Shown here one piece after another: positions 38,825 through 46,942 of a stretch of 64,000 nt of DNA (position 1 is its first letter; the number at the start of each line of letters is the position of its first letter). The notes beneath the pieces are model-generated. The model worked only from the letters and a program-made list of their open reading frames with translations, was not told the DNA's origin and did not search any database. The DNA is from a virus (taxonomy: Duplodnaviria; Caudoviricetes), in the IMG/VR virus record IMGVR_UViG_3300044247_000057, positions 13,887 to 77,886 of that record, one strand, 5' to 3'. Made by a program: the position numbers and the translations under genes.

Positions 38825-40903
38825 ATGGCCACTCCGCATCCGGAGAGCAGGTTCAAGGGGTTGCTCCTCTCTCCGGAAGAGGCCGCTGCGGTCGCCGGGA
38901 TACGTGCCCGCATGCCAGTCGGAGTGCGGTCGGTCGGTCTGGCCCTGTCGGCGGTCTTCTCGCTCTACCGCTGGATCATGCAGCGTCGGCTGAAGGACGT
39001 TCAAGGAACGACTCCGGCGCTGATGGAGCAGGCCCTGCTGCTCGGGCTCCGGGAGTCCTTCATCGCCTTCCAGCCCACCCTGACGTCGATGACCACGCCG
39101 ATCATGTACGCGGGCTATCTGGTCGGTGTGCAGGAGTCCGGGGTGAGGCTGCCTCAGCATGTGCTGGCGCAGATGGCCAACGGCTACGCCCCGAGCCTGG
39201 GGAACTACATCCACACCGTCAGCAGCGACGCCCTGCTGGCAGGCTTCCGGGCCCTGGTGAACCGCAAGGTCGACCACAGACGTGCCCTGAAGCTGACCAC
39301 CGACGCCTACGGGGTCGACACCCGGACCATGAACACGCTGGTCAACGTGTGGACCGCCGAGGAGGCCAAGGGCTTCACCAACGTGCGGCAGATCGTCTCG
39401 GTCAAGGAGAAGCGGGCCGCCACGATCATCGCTCAGAAGGTCAAGGAGCGGGCCCACATCCTGGGTGCGCACGAGGCCTGGAACGCCAAGGAGCAGGCCA
39501 AGGAGGCGTCCTGGCTGTGGGCGATGGAGAACGGGATCATCACCGGGGCGGCTCGCAAGATGTGGGTGACCGCCGATGACGAGCGGGTCTGTGCCTCCTG
39601 TGGCCCCCTGGACAAGGTCCAGATCAAGGTGACCGACAGGTTCGAGACCACCGTGGGCAAGACGCTGACCCCGCCGCTGCACGTCGGCTGCCGGTGCGAG
39701 GTCACGCTGAGCGCCAGCATGCGTCGGATCCTGCTGGGACAGCTCCGCAGGAAGCCGGTGAGGAAGGCCTACGAGGGGCACCCCTGGGCCCGGAACCAGA
39801 AGCGCAACGAGGAAGGTGAGTGGGTCAAGGGCCCCAGCAGCGCCCATGGTCAGCCCCAGCCCGCGCTGGCACCACAGCCGGTGTACGACCCGGAACCACC
39901 AGAGCCCCCGCCGTCCGCTCCGGTGGAGGAGGAGTACATCGCCTTCGGGCCTCAGTACATCGCCTTCGCTCCACAGCCTGCTGAGCCGATTCAGTTCGGG
40001 CCACCACCACAGCAGGCGTCCCCTGCTCCCGCTACTCCACACATCGAGTTTCAGCCTCGACCCGAGGCGATCCAGTTCGCCCCGCCACCTGCGCAGTCCA
40101 TCGAGTTCAAACCACACACGACGCCGTTCTCGCACGCCACCTACACCCCGTCCCAGGCGACGCCGCAGCCGGTGGCTCCGCGCCCGAAGGAGCGGCAGCG
40201 GTTCGAGGAAGAGCAGTGGAAGCCGCCCAAGCCGAGCATCATCACCCTGGACCGGGGCGAAGAGGTCTACGGCGTGGTGCCGGACGACTTGGACCACGTC
40301 GAGGACTACGAGCTCGACCAGAATCGGATGGTCAACGACTTCGCCGACGCGCACGAAATGGTCGAGAACCAGTTGGCTGAGAACTACACCGAACGCATCT
40401 ACGACGCTCTGGAGGAGGAGGGGAAGGACCTGGTCCCCATCTACTCCGAAGGTGGCGAGCAGTACTACGCCGACTACGAGGGCCTCCGGTCACTGTTCGA
40501 GTGGACCAGGGCCAAGCAGATCTACGAGGACCGGAAATCGTCGGGGATGCCGGAGTACATGGATCCACCAGTGTCCTTCGACCCGATGCAGGAGATCCAG
40601 GTTCACTCCAACTACGACAACAGGGCGCACCAGATCGAAGCCGAGGTGTTGTCCCGCAAGGGTCGGCTCCGGGGTCAGGCCATTGATGACGTGATCGAGG
40701 AGATCACACCGTCGTTGGTCAAGGTCGACCGGATCGACATGGAGTTCAGTACCGAGGACCTGGGCTTGAACCGCAGAGACCACCCTGACTGGATTGTCAC
40801 TGGTCCCCACCACAACATCGAGGTTCTCGGCTCGATCACCGACCCCGAGACCGGTCAACGGATCCTGGCTCACGCCTACCATCTCGACCCCTTCGACGAG
40901 TAG
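38825..40903 (+). CDS. MuF / SPP1 gp7-like minor head protein with C-terminal extension
   Basis: KMWVTADDERVCASCGPLD...PPLHVGCRC; then VRK|A, a Pro-rich linker and an acidic domain. Confidence 0.85.
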   Translation: MATPHPESRFKGLLLSPEEAAAVAGIRARMPVGVRSVGLALSAVFSLYRWIMQRRLKDVQGTTPALMEQALLLGLRESFIAFQPTLTSMTTPIMYAGYLVGVQESGVRLPQHVLAQMANGYAPSLGNYIHTVSSDALLAGFRALVNRKVDHRRALKLTTDAYGVDTRTMNTLVNVWTAEEAKGFTNVRQIVSVKEKRAATIIAQKVKERAHILGAHEAWNAKEQAKEASWLWAMENGIITGAARKMWVTADDERVCASCGPLDKVQIKVTDRFETTVGKTLTPPLHVGCRCEVTLSASMRRILLGQLRRKPVRKAYEGHPWARNQKRNEEGEWVKGPSSAHGQPQPALAPQPVYDPEPPEPPPSAPVEEEYIAFGPQYIAFAPQPAEPIQFGPPPQQASPAPATPHIEFQPRPEAIQFAPPPAQSIEFKPHTTPFSHATYTPSQATPQPVAPRPKERQRFEEEQWKPPKPSIITLDRGEEVYGVVPDDLDHVEDYELDQNRMVNDFADAHEMVENQLAENYTERIYDALEEEGKDLVPIYSEGGEQYYADYEGLRSLFEWTRAKQIYEDRKSSGMPEYMDPPVSFDPMQEIQVHSNYDNRAHQIEAEVLSRKGRLRGQAIDDVIEEITPSLVKVDRIDMEFSTEDLGLNRRDHPDWIVTGPHHNIEVLGSITDPETGQRILAHAYHLDPFDE

Positions 40904-40931
40904 ACGCGCAAAGGAGAATGAACCCATGGAC
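40898..40931 (+). repeat. Shared 34-nt intergenic/start element, copy 2
   Basis: See 35983-36016. Confidence 0.7.
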
Positions 40932-41846
40932 GTGGTCAAGGCACTGCAGGAGCACAGCGAGGCTGGTGCCACCATCGTCGACCTGCTCTACGGGGACGCG
41001 GGCGCAGAGGTCTCCAAGGCGCTGATCGAGTTCGGCAAGGAAGAGAAGAAGAAGGACACCCAGAAGCGGATCGCCCAGGTCTCCAACCTGGTCGGTATCG
41101 GAGCCGGTGCGGCAGCCGTCCCCGGTGCCTTCAAGCAGCTCGGTGAGGCGCACCGGAAGTACTACAAGCGCCCCGAGAAGCCGAAGAACACCACCCAGAC
41201 CCGCAAGCTGATCGCCACCGCCAAGCACGGGACGGGGATCAAGCGCGTGGGAGCCAAGGGTGTGCTGAAGGCGCGCAAGCTCTACCGCAACCCCAAGGTC
41301 GTCCTGGGACTGGCTGGTGCTGGTGCTGGGCTACAGGTGGGCAACCTGGCGGGCGACACCATCACCAACCAGGTGCTGAACCGGAAAGAGAAGAAGGCCG
41401 GTGCGACGCCACCGCCCAAGGAGTTCGGCAAGACGGAGTTCGACATCTACACCGAGATCTCCAAGGTCGACTCCGACAAGCGTCAGGTCTTCGGCTGGGC
41501 CTCCGTGACCAAGTCCGGTGGCATCGACGTGGTCGATCTCCAGGGTGACGTGATCCCACTGGAGGAGATCGAGAAGGCCGCTTATGAGTTCGTCAAGAAG
41601 TCCCGGGTCGGCGGCAAGATGCACGGCAAGGGCGAGGCCGGACCGATCCAGGTCTCCGACATGATCGAGTCCTTCGTGGTCACCCCGGAGAAGAAGGCGG
41701 CCATGGGCCTCCCGGACGAGACGCCGGAAGGCTGGTGGGTCGGCTTCAAGGTGAACGACGACAACACCTGGGCCGAGGCCAAGGACGGCAAGCTGGCCGG
41801 TTTCAGCGTCCACGGGAGCGGGCGGAGGGTCCCGACTGATGCCTAG
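40926..41846 (+). CDS. Prohead protease (XkdF / S78-type) with N-terminal cargo-like module
   Basis: EISKVDSDKRQVFGWAS, DLQGD...EEIEKAAY.F, MHGK, IES, GWWVGFK...W, GFSVHG. Start ATG 40926. Confidence 0.85.
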   Translation: MDVVKALQEHSEAGATIVDLLYGDAGAEVSKALIEFGKEEKKKDTQKRIAQVSNLVGIGAGAAAVPGAFKQLGEAHRKYYKRPEKPKNTTQTRKLIATAKHGTGIKRVGAKGVLKARKLYRNPKVVLGLAGAGAGLQVGNLAGDTITNQVLNRKEKKAGATPPPKEFGKTEFDIYTEISKVDSDKRQVFGWASVTKSGGIDVVDLQGDVIPLEEIEKAAYEFVKKSRVGGKMHGKGEAGPIQVSDMIESFVVTPEKKAAMGLPDETPEGWWVGFKVNDDNTWAEAKDGKLAGFSVHGSGRRVPTDA

Positions 41847-42600
41847 CCTGATCACGCTGGAGAGCATCGAGAAGAAGGAGTGGAGCGAAGAGCAGCTGGC
41901 GCGTCGCAAGAAGCTTGGCGCTGCCGGTTCCATCGCCACCTCCACCCTGGGCCTTGGTTCCCTGGGCGTTCTGGCTCTGCGCTCGAAGCCAGCTGGGAGG
42001 GCGATCAAAGAGATCGGAGAGCATGCTCCCAAGGCGGAGATGTTTGCCGGTAAGAAGGTAGGCCATGCGGTCGGAGCAACGGGCGGACGGCTGGAGAAGA
42101 TCAGAGCAGCAGTGAAGGGCGCGGAGACCCCGATCCTGGCCACCAGCGCCGGGATCGGTGGACTGAACGGCTACAACTTCGCTGCCATCCAGCGTCAGGA
42201 GAGCAAGAAGTCGAAGAGACACAACGCGGAGTACGCCGATCTGAGGAGCAAGGTCAACCGGCTGGACGCGAAGGTGAACAAGCTCTACGACCCCGAGGAA
42301 GAGCGGCACAAGCAGAACAAGATCGCTGCCGGGGTGCTCGCAGCCGGTGGGGCCGGGTCCATTGCTGCCGCCGTTCCCCAGGCTCAACAGGCCCTGCATC
42401 AGAAGGGTCGGATCAAGAACCTGAAGACCAAGGCGGCCAAGGCGCGGGCCGGACGGATCAGGAACGTGAAGGGTGGCAAGGCGGCTCTGCTCGCACTGGG
42501 TGGCGCTGGGGCCATCGGCGGCGGCGTGAAGCTCGCCACCAACGAGCGAAGCAGGCGCGGGAAGACCTACTCAGCGGCGTACCGGCCCCAGTACTACTGA
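41839..42600 (+). CDS. Modular head-region protein I
   Basis: Two modules of paired G/A-rich helices; IEK|K and VNK|L; YDPEEER motif. Confidence 0.75.
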   Translation: MPSLITLESIEKKEWSEEQLARRKKLGAAGSIATSTLGLGSLGVLALRSKPAGRAIKEIGEHAPKAEMFAGKKVGHAVGATGGRLEKIRAAVKGAETPILATSAGIGGLNGYNFAAIQRQESKKSKRHNAEYADLRSKVNRLDAKVNKLYDPEEERHKQNKIAAGVLAAGGAGSIAAAVPQAQQALHQKGRIKNLKTKAAKARAGRIRNVKGGKAALLALGGAGAIGGGVKLATNERSRRGKTYSAAYRPQYY

Positions 42601-42639
42601 GGCACCATCGTTGCCACCCTCGACATAATAGGGACTGAA

Positions 42640-43473
42640 ATGCCGAACAGATTGAGCGACATGATCTTCGACGAGGTGAGCCTCGTCTACAAGGGCGCGA
42701 ACCAGCACTCGCGGGTCGCCATCGCCAAGTCTGCTGACGGCGTCGAACAGGAGGAAGCCATGGGATACACCGATCAGGATGGGAACCCCGTCGACGTCAA
42801 CAGCCTCGCAGAGGGCGATGTTGTCTTCGATGAGGACGGGCAGGGGTTCGTCTACACCGAGCAGGACGTGGACGAGATCGAGGTCGAGGAGTACGAGGAA
42901 GAGCCCCAGCTGGTGGGCAAGAGCTTCCCGACCCGACAGACGTACGCGCAGGACCCGGACTTCGAGCAGGACGTGCGGTGGAGCCTCTCCAAGGCCGTCA
43001 CCGACGAGGACCGCGACGAGGTCATCTCCAAGGCCGCTGGCTACATCTCGCACCTGGAGAGCCTGGTCCACAAGGCGCAGGCCGATGTCGAGGTCGAGCG
43101 GGAGATTCGCCGCGAGTCCGAGTACATGGAGATCGCCAAGTCCTACGGGGGTCTCCCGGTGGGCGAGGAGCAGCTCGCGGCAGCCCTGATGGACTGCGCG
43201 GACAACCTCGACGAGTCCAGCATCGTGACTCTGCAGAAGTGCCTCTCGGCAGCCAGTGACTCGGCTCTCAACGAGATCGGTGCCACGGGCGGCGGATTCA
43301 ACTCCGACGTGATGGCGGTCATCGAGCAGCACGCCAACTCCGGGGTCTCCAAGAGTGAGGACTCCTCCACGGAGGCCGAGATCGCCAAGGCCTTCGAGCA
43401 GGACCCGTCCTTGTACGCGCAGTACCTCAACGAGACCGGTGGCTACAACAGCGCACCGCGTTACAACTTCTGA
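42640..43473 (+). CDS. Capsid scaffolding protein with N-terminal protease-like strand
   Basis: Acidic and helical, just before the capsid genes; begins DEVSLVYKGAN; all 10 Lys are in [VIL]-x-K-[SAGC]. Confidence 0.8.
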   Translation: MPNRLSDMIFDEVSLVYKGANQHSRVAIAKSADGVEQEEAMGYTDQDGNPVDVNSLAEGDVVFDEDGQGFVYTEQDVDEIEVEEYEEEPQLVGKSFPTRQTYAQDPDFEQDVRWSLSKAVTDEDRDEVISKAAGYISHLESLVHKAQADVEVEREIRRESEYMEIAKSYGGLPVGEEQLAAALMDCADNLDESSIVTLQKCLSAASDSALNEIGATGGGFNSDVMAVIEQHANSGVSKSEDSSTEAEIAKAFEQDPSLYAQYLNETGGYNSAPRYNF

Positions 43474-43496
43474 CCCCTGAAGGAGGGTAGAGCACC

Positions 43497-43907
43497 ATGG
43501 CGTACGACGAAGCCATCAGGAACATCACGCTGACTGCGGATGCCAGCCTGGCCGGATACACCGGCGTCGCCGGTACACCGGGGGCGGCGAACCCGCACTT
43601 CGGGAAGGCTCAGTACCGGTTCGTGAAGGTCACCGGAGCCAAGCAGTGTGGTCTTGCCACGGCTGTGGGAGACGCCGTGGTCGGCGTCTGCCAGAACAAG
43701 CCGCAGGTCGCTGGTGAGGCGGCCACGGTAGCCATCCGGGGAGTCTCCCGGGTCATGGCTGGCGGGGCCTTCGTTCCGGGCGACAAGATCGACACCGACG
43801 CCACTGGTCGAGCCGTCAAGTCCGGTGCCGGTGCAGGCATCGGTATCGCTCTCGAAGCCGCCACCGTCGCCAACGAGCTGACATCCGTTCTGCTCCGGTG
43901 CAACTGA
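43497..43907 (+). CDS. Capsid cement / decoration protein (DUF2190-like)
   Basis: QYRFVK, VVGVCQNKP, GEAATVAIRGV, TDATGRAV. Confidence 0.75.
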   Translation: MAYDEAIRNITLTADASLAGYTGVAGTPGAANPHFGKAQYRFVKVTGAKQCGLATAVGDAVVGVCQNKPQVAGEAATVAIRGVSRVMAGGAFVPGDKIDTDATGRAVKSGAGAGIGIALEAATVANELTSVLLRCN

Positions 43908-43921
43908 GAGAGGAGTAGACG

Positions 43922-44938
43922 ATGCCGAGCCCCACGCAGTCTGACCTGCACATCAATCAGCCGCTGACCAACGTCAGCGTGGCCTATATCCAGTCGGCGA
44001 AGAACTTCATCGCGGACAAGGTCTTCCCGAAGGTCCCCGTCTCCAAGCAGTCGGACCTCTACTGGAAGTACTCCAAGAGCGACTGGCGACGGACTGACGT
44101 CCAGCGTCGGGCCCCGAGCACTGAGACTCCGGGCACCGGCTGGAACGTCGGGACCGATCAGTACTTCGCGCACGTGTACGGCGTCCACAAGGACATCGAC
44201 GACCAGCTCCGCGCCAACGCGGACTCGCTGTTCAAGATGGACTCTGACGCCACCGCGTTCGTGACCAACCAGCTGCTCATCAAGCGGGACCTGGACTGGG
44301 CGGCCAGCTTCTTCCGTCCGGGTGTCTGGCTCACCGACCAGCAGCTGAAGAAGGGCACGGGCGGCAGCCCGGAGGGTCAGCGGTGGGATCTCGCCACCTC
44401 AGACCCGGTGGGCTTCTTCGCTACGGCCACGGTCAACTTCATCCAGCAGACCGGCTTCAAGCCGAACACGCTGGTGATGGGGGCCAACTGCCTGAAGGCC
44501 CTGAAGAACCACCCGGCCATCATCGACCGGATCAAGTACACCCAGCGGGGCATCGTCACCGAGGAGCTGCTCAGCACGCTCTTCGGGGTCGACAAGATCC
44601 TGGTCTCCTACGCCACCTACTCCGATGGCGTGGACATCGAGGACATGGCGTTGCAGGACGCGGCTGCGGTGAACAAGTTCATCGCCAACCCGAACAGCGC
44701 GCTGCTCTGCTACACCCCGTCGAGCCCGTCCCTGATGAGCCCGGCTGCCGGTTACACCTTCACCTGGAACGGCTACCTGGGCGGCAACGCGCAGGGCATC
44801 CGGATGGCTCGCTTCCGCATGGACGCGATCCGCTCGGACCGGATCGAGGGTGAGATGACCTATTCGATGCAGGTCATCAGCCGCGACTGCGGTCTGTTCC
44901 TCACCGACGTCGTCGGCTCTGCGGTGGACGTCCCGTAA
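43922..44938 (+). CDS. Major capsid protein (lambda gpE-like)
   Basis: LTNVSVAY, FIADKVFPKVPV.KQSD.Y, PNTLVMG, LKNHPAIIDRIKYT, GYTFTW. Confidence 0.9.
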   Translation: MPSPTQSDLHINQPLTNVSVAYIQSAKNFIADKVFPKVPVSKQSDLYWKYSKSDWRRTDVQRRAPSTETPGTGWNVGTDQYFAHVYGVHKDIDDQLRANADSLFKMDSDATAFVTNQLLIKRDLDWAASFFRPGVWLTDQQLKKGTGGSPEGQRWDLATSDPVGFFATATVNFIQQTGFKPNTLVMGANCLKALKNHPAIIDRIKYTQRGIVTEELLSTLFGVDKILVSYATYSDGVDIEDMALQDAAAVNKFIANPNSALLCYTPSSPSLMSPAAGYTFTWNGYLGGNAQGIRMARFRMDAIRSDRIEGEMTYSMQVISRDCGLFLTDVVGSAVDVP

Positions 44939-44961
44939 GTCAGCGTTGAATGAAGCCTGAG

Positions 44962-44992
44962 GGGCGGTGGCCACACGGCCCCCGCCCTTTTT
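44962..44992 (+). terminator. Intrinsic terminator after major capsid gene
   Basis: GGGCGG-T-GGCC ACAC GGCC-C-CCGCCC followed by TTTTT. Confidence 0.8.
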
Positions 44993-45007
44993 GCTTGAAG
45001 GAGAGAG

Positions 45008-46018
45008 ATGAGCCGACTGGATCCTACTGAGGACACTCAGTACATCGTGGGGCGTCCGTTCCAGACGCCAGCTGGATGGGCCTGGCCGGGTGAACCTGCG
45101 CCGGAGGAGGCGGTCACCTCGACCAACCTCTACGCCCTGATCTCGTCCGGCTTCCTCTACGCCTACGTGCCGGACGCCAACTACGCCTACCTGCCCCCGC
45201 ACGTCTTCAGTGCGGTGCGGACCTACCAGGAAGTTCACGACATCATCAACCGAGGAGAGAGCCCAGTCGACATGGAATGGACACCGCCGAAGAAGCTGCA
45301 GCAGGCCCAGGACGCCCGTGACGCCGAGGAGCTGAGCAAGCTCGCTGCCCGGACCGCCTCTCCCGCCACCGCCGAGGACTGGACCCGCAAGATCGAGGTC
45401 AACCAGATCTCCCCGCGCCCGGTCGAGCTGCCCCGTGAGCAGTTGTTCGAGGACTCCAAGAAGCGGGAGGCCGAGGACGCTGCCGACACCGAGGACGACG
45501 GTGACGACCGCAATGACGTGCGGGCCAAGGCCGCCGAAGAGGCGTTCAAGGACAACGAGGAGCATGAGACCAAGAGCTACCGGGCCAGCGAGGACAACCC
45601 GTTGCGACCGGAGTTCGATGATGGAGACCTGCAGAGCGACTTCGAGGAGGTACAGGCCGTGACCAAGAGCAAGGACCATGTCGAGGTAGAAGAGGGCGAG
45701 CCCTCGGTGCTGGAGCGTCAGGACCCCTTCAACAGCCAGGTGTTCAGCTCCCCCACGCTGGAGCCGGACGAGGCCAAGGAGTACGCCAAGGAGCTGAAGG
45801 AGGAGTGGCTGAAGGGTCAGGAGGAGCAGGCCGAGGACGAAGAGCCCGTCGTAGACGAGGACATCGAGGCCAAGGACGAGGACCTGGAGAACCCGGTCGC
45901 CGCTGGCGAGCCCACCTCGGTGGACACGGGTGACTCTGGTGACGAGCCCACTGAGGAGAACACGGCTCCCGACGACGAGCCCAAGACCACGACCCGGAAG
46001 ACCCGCTCGAAGAGCTGA
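45008..46018 (+). CDS. Acidic hypothetical protein
   Basis: Ordered N-terminal ~130 aa, then a long D/E-rich low-complexity region; GGAG RBS. Confidence 0.65.
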   Translation: MSRLDPTEDTQYIVGRPFQTPAGWAWPGEPAPEEAVTSTNLYALISSGFLYAYVPDANYAYLPPHVFSAVRTYQEVHDIINRGESPVDMEWTPPKKLQQAQDARDAEELSKLAARTASPATAEDWTRKIEVNQISPRPVELPREQLFEDSKKREAEDAADTEDDGDDRNDVRAKAAEEAFKDNEEHETKSYRASEDNPLRPEFDDGDLQSDFEEVQAVTKSKDHVEVEEGEPSVLERQDPFNSQVFSSPTLEPDEAKEYAKELKEEWLKGQEEQAEDEEPVVDEDIEAKDEDLENPVAAGEPTSVDTGDSGDEPTEENTAPDDEPKTTTRKTRSKS

Positions 46019-46019
46019 G

Positions 46020-46502
46020 ATGACCTTCACCTACGTCGACCCGGCGAGCATTCGCCGGGATGCGCTACGGCTCCTGACCGGGGACACCAACTCCGGTCAG
46101 GTGCTGCTGCAGGACGAGGAGATCGACTTCTTCATCGGTCGCTGGACCGACTACGACGACTACACGGTGGCGGCCTACTGCGCGGAGGGGATCGCCTCCA
46201 AGCTGGCCCGGGAGGTCGACATCAGTGCCGACTCCCAGAGCGTCGGCACCAACGTGCTGCAGGAGAAGTACCTGCGGCTGGCTGAGCGGCTGCGGAGCCA
46301 GTCCGCGTCCGGCTTCCCCGGGGTCATCTACGTGGGCGGTCTGGACTACACCACCGAGCTCACACCCGGTGCGGAGCCCCCGGCCTTCGGCACCCGAATG
46401 CACGACAACCCCGAGGCCGGTCAGCAGGACTACGGCGACATCGCGGACCAGAACTACGCGGCCTACTGGGACTGGCGTGAACGGTGGGTCGGCGGGCCGT
46501 GA
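46020..46502 (+). CDS. Head-to-tail adaptor
   Basis: MTFTY...RLLTGDT...LLQDEEI...A...E.IASKLAR...LA..LR; start ATG 46020. Confidence 0.75.
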   Translation: MTFTYVDPASIRRDALRLLTGDTNSGQVLLQDEEIDFFIGRWTDYDDYTVAAYCAEGIASKLAREVDISADSQSVGTNVLQEKYLRLAERLRSQSASGFPGVIYVGGLDYTTELTPGAEPPAFGTRMHDNPEAGQQDYGDIADQNYAAYWDWRERWVGGP

Positions 46503-46942
46503 GCGGGCTCTCGGACTCGCCCATCCGGATGCAGATCGGCACCTACCCCCGCGACCACATCCGGCAGCGGGCTACCGACCTGATGAGCGCGGGGGTGCGG
46601 ATCAGCCGTCCTGGCACCACCTACGACCCGGTCACCCGGCGTGACATCTCCACCGAGGGAGAACTCCTCTACGAGGGTCCTGCGCGCATCTGGGAGGTGC
46701 CAGCGGGGCAGCAGGTGGTGATCGGGGAGGAGGAGATCACCGTCACCTCCACCTACCTGTCGATCCCCTTCTGGGTGCAGCCACTGCCCGAGCACGACGA
46801 CCTGATCGTGGTCACCGACTCCGACGACGAGGACCTGATCGGCAGGTCACTGGACATTATCTCCACGGTCAGAGGAGGAGGCCTACGGGCTTCCCGGCGC
46901 TTCCAGGTGAAGATCAGCGAGTCGAAGAAGCGGTCCTGGTGA
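46499..46942 (+). CDS. Head-to-tail stopper (DUF6093-like)
   Basis: I.RPG...YDP.T...LLYEGPARI...LSIP...DDLI.V; GTGA-coupled. Confidence 0.7.
   Translation: MSGLSDSPIRMQIGTYPRDHIRQRATDLMSAGVRISRPGTTYDPVTRRDISTEGELLYEGPARIWEVPAGQQVVIGEEEITVTSTYLSIPFWVQPLPEHDDLIVVTDSDDEDLIGRSLDIISTVRGGGLRASRRFQVKISESKKRSW

Noticed and set aside
44030-44050. PVSK|Q in the major capsid as a maturation site
   Set aside because: P1' is Gln rather than a small residue, and the PVxKQSD segment looks like a conserved part of this capsid family's fold.
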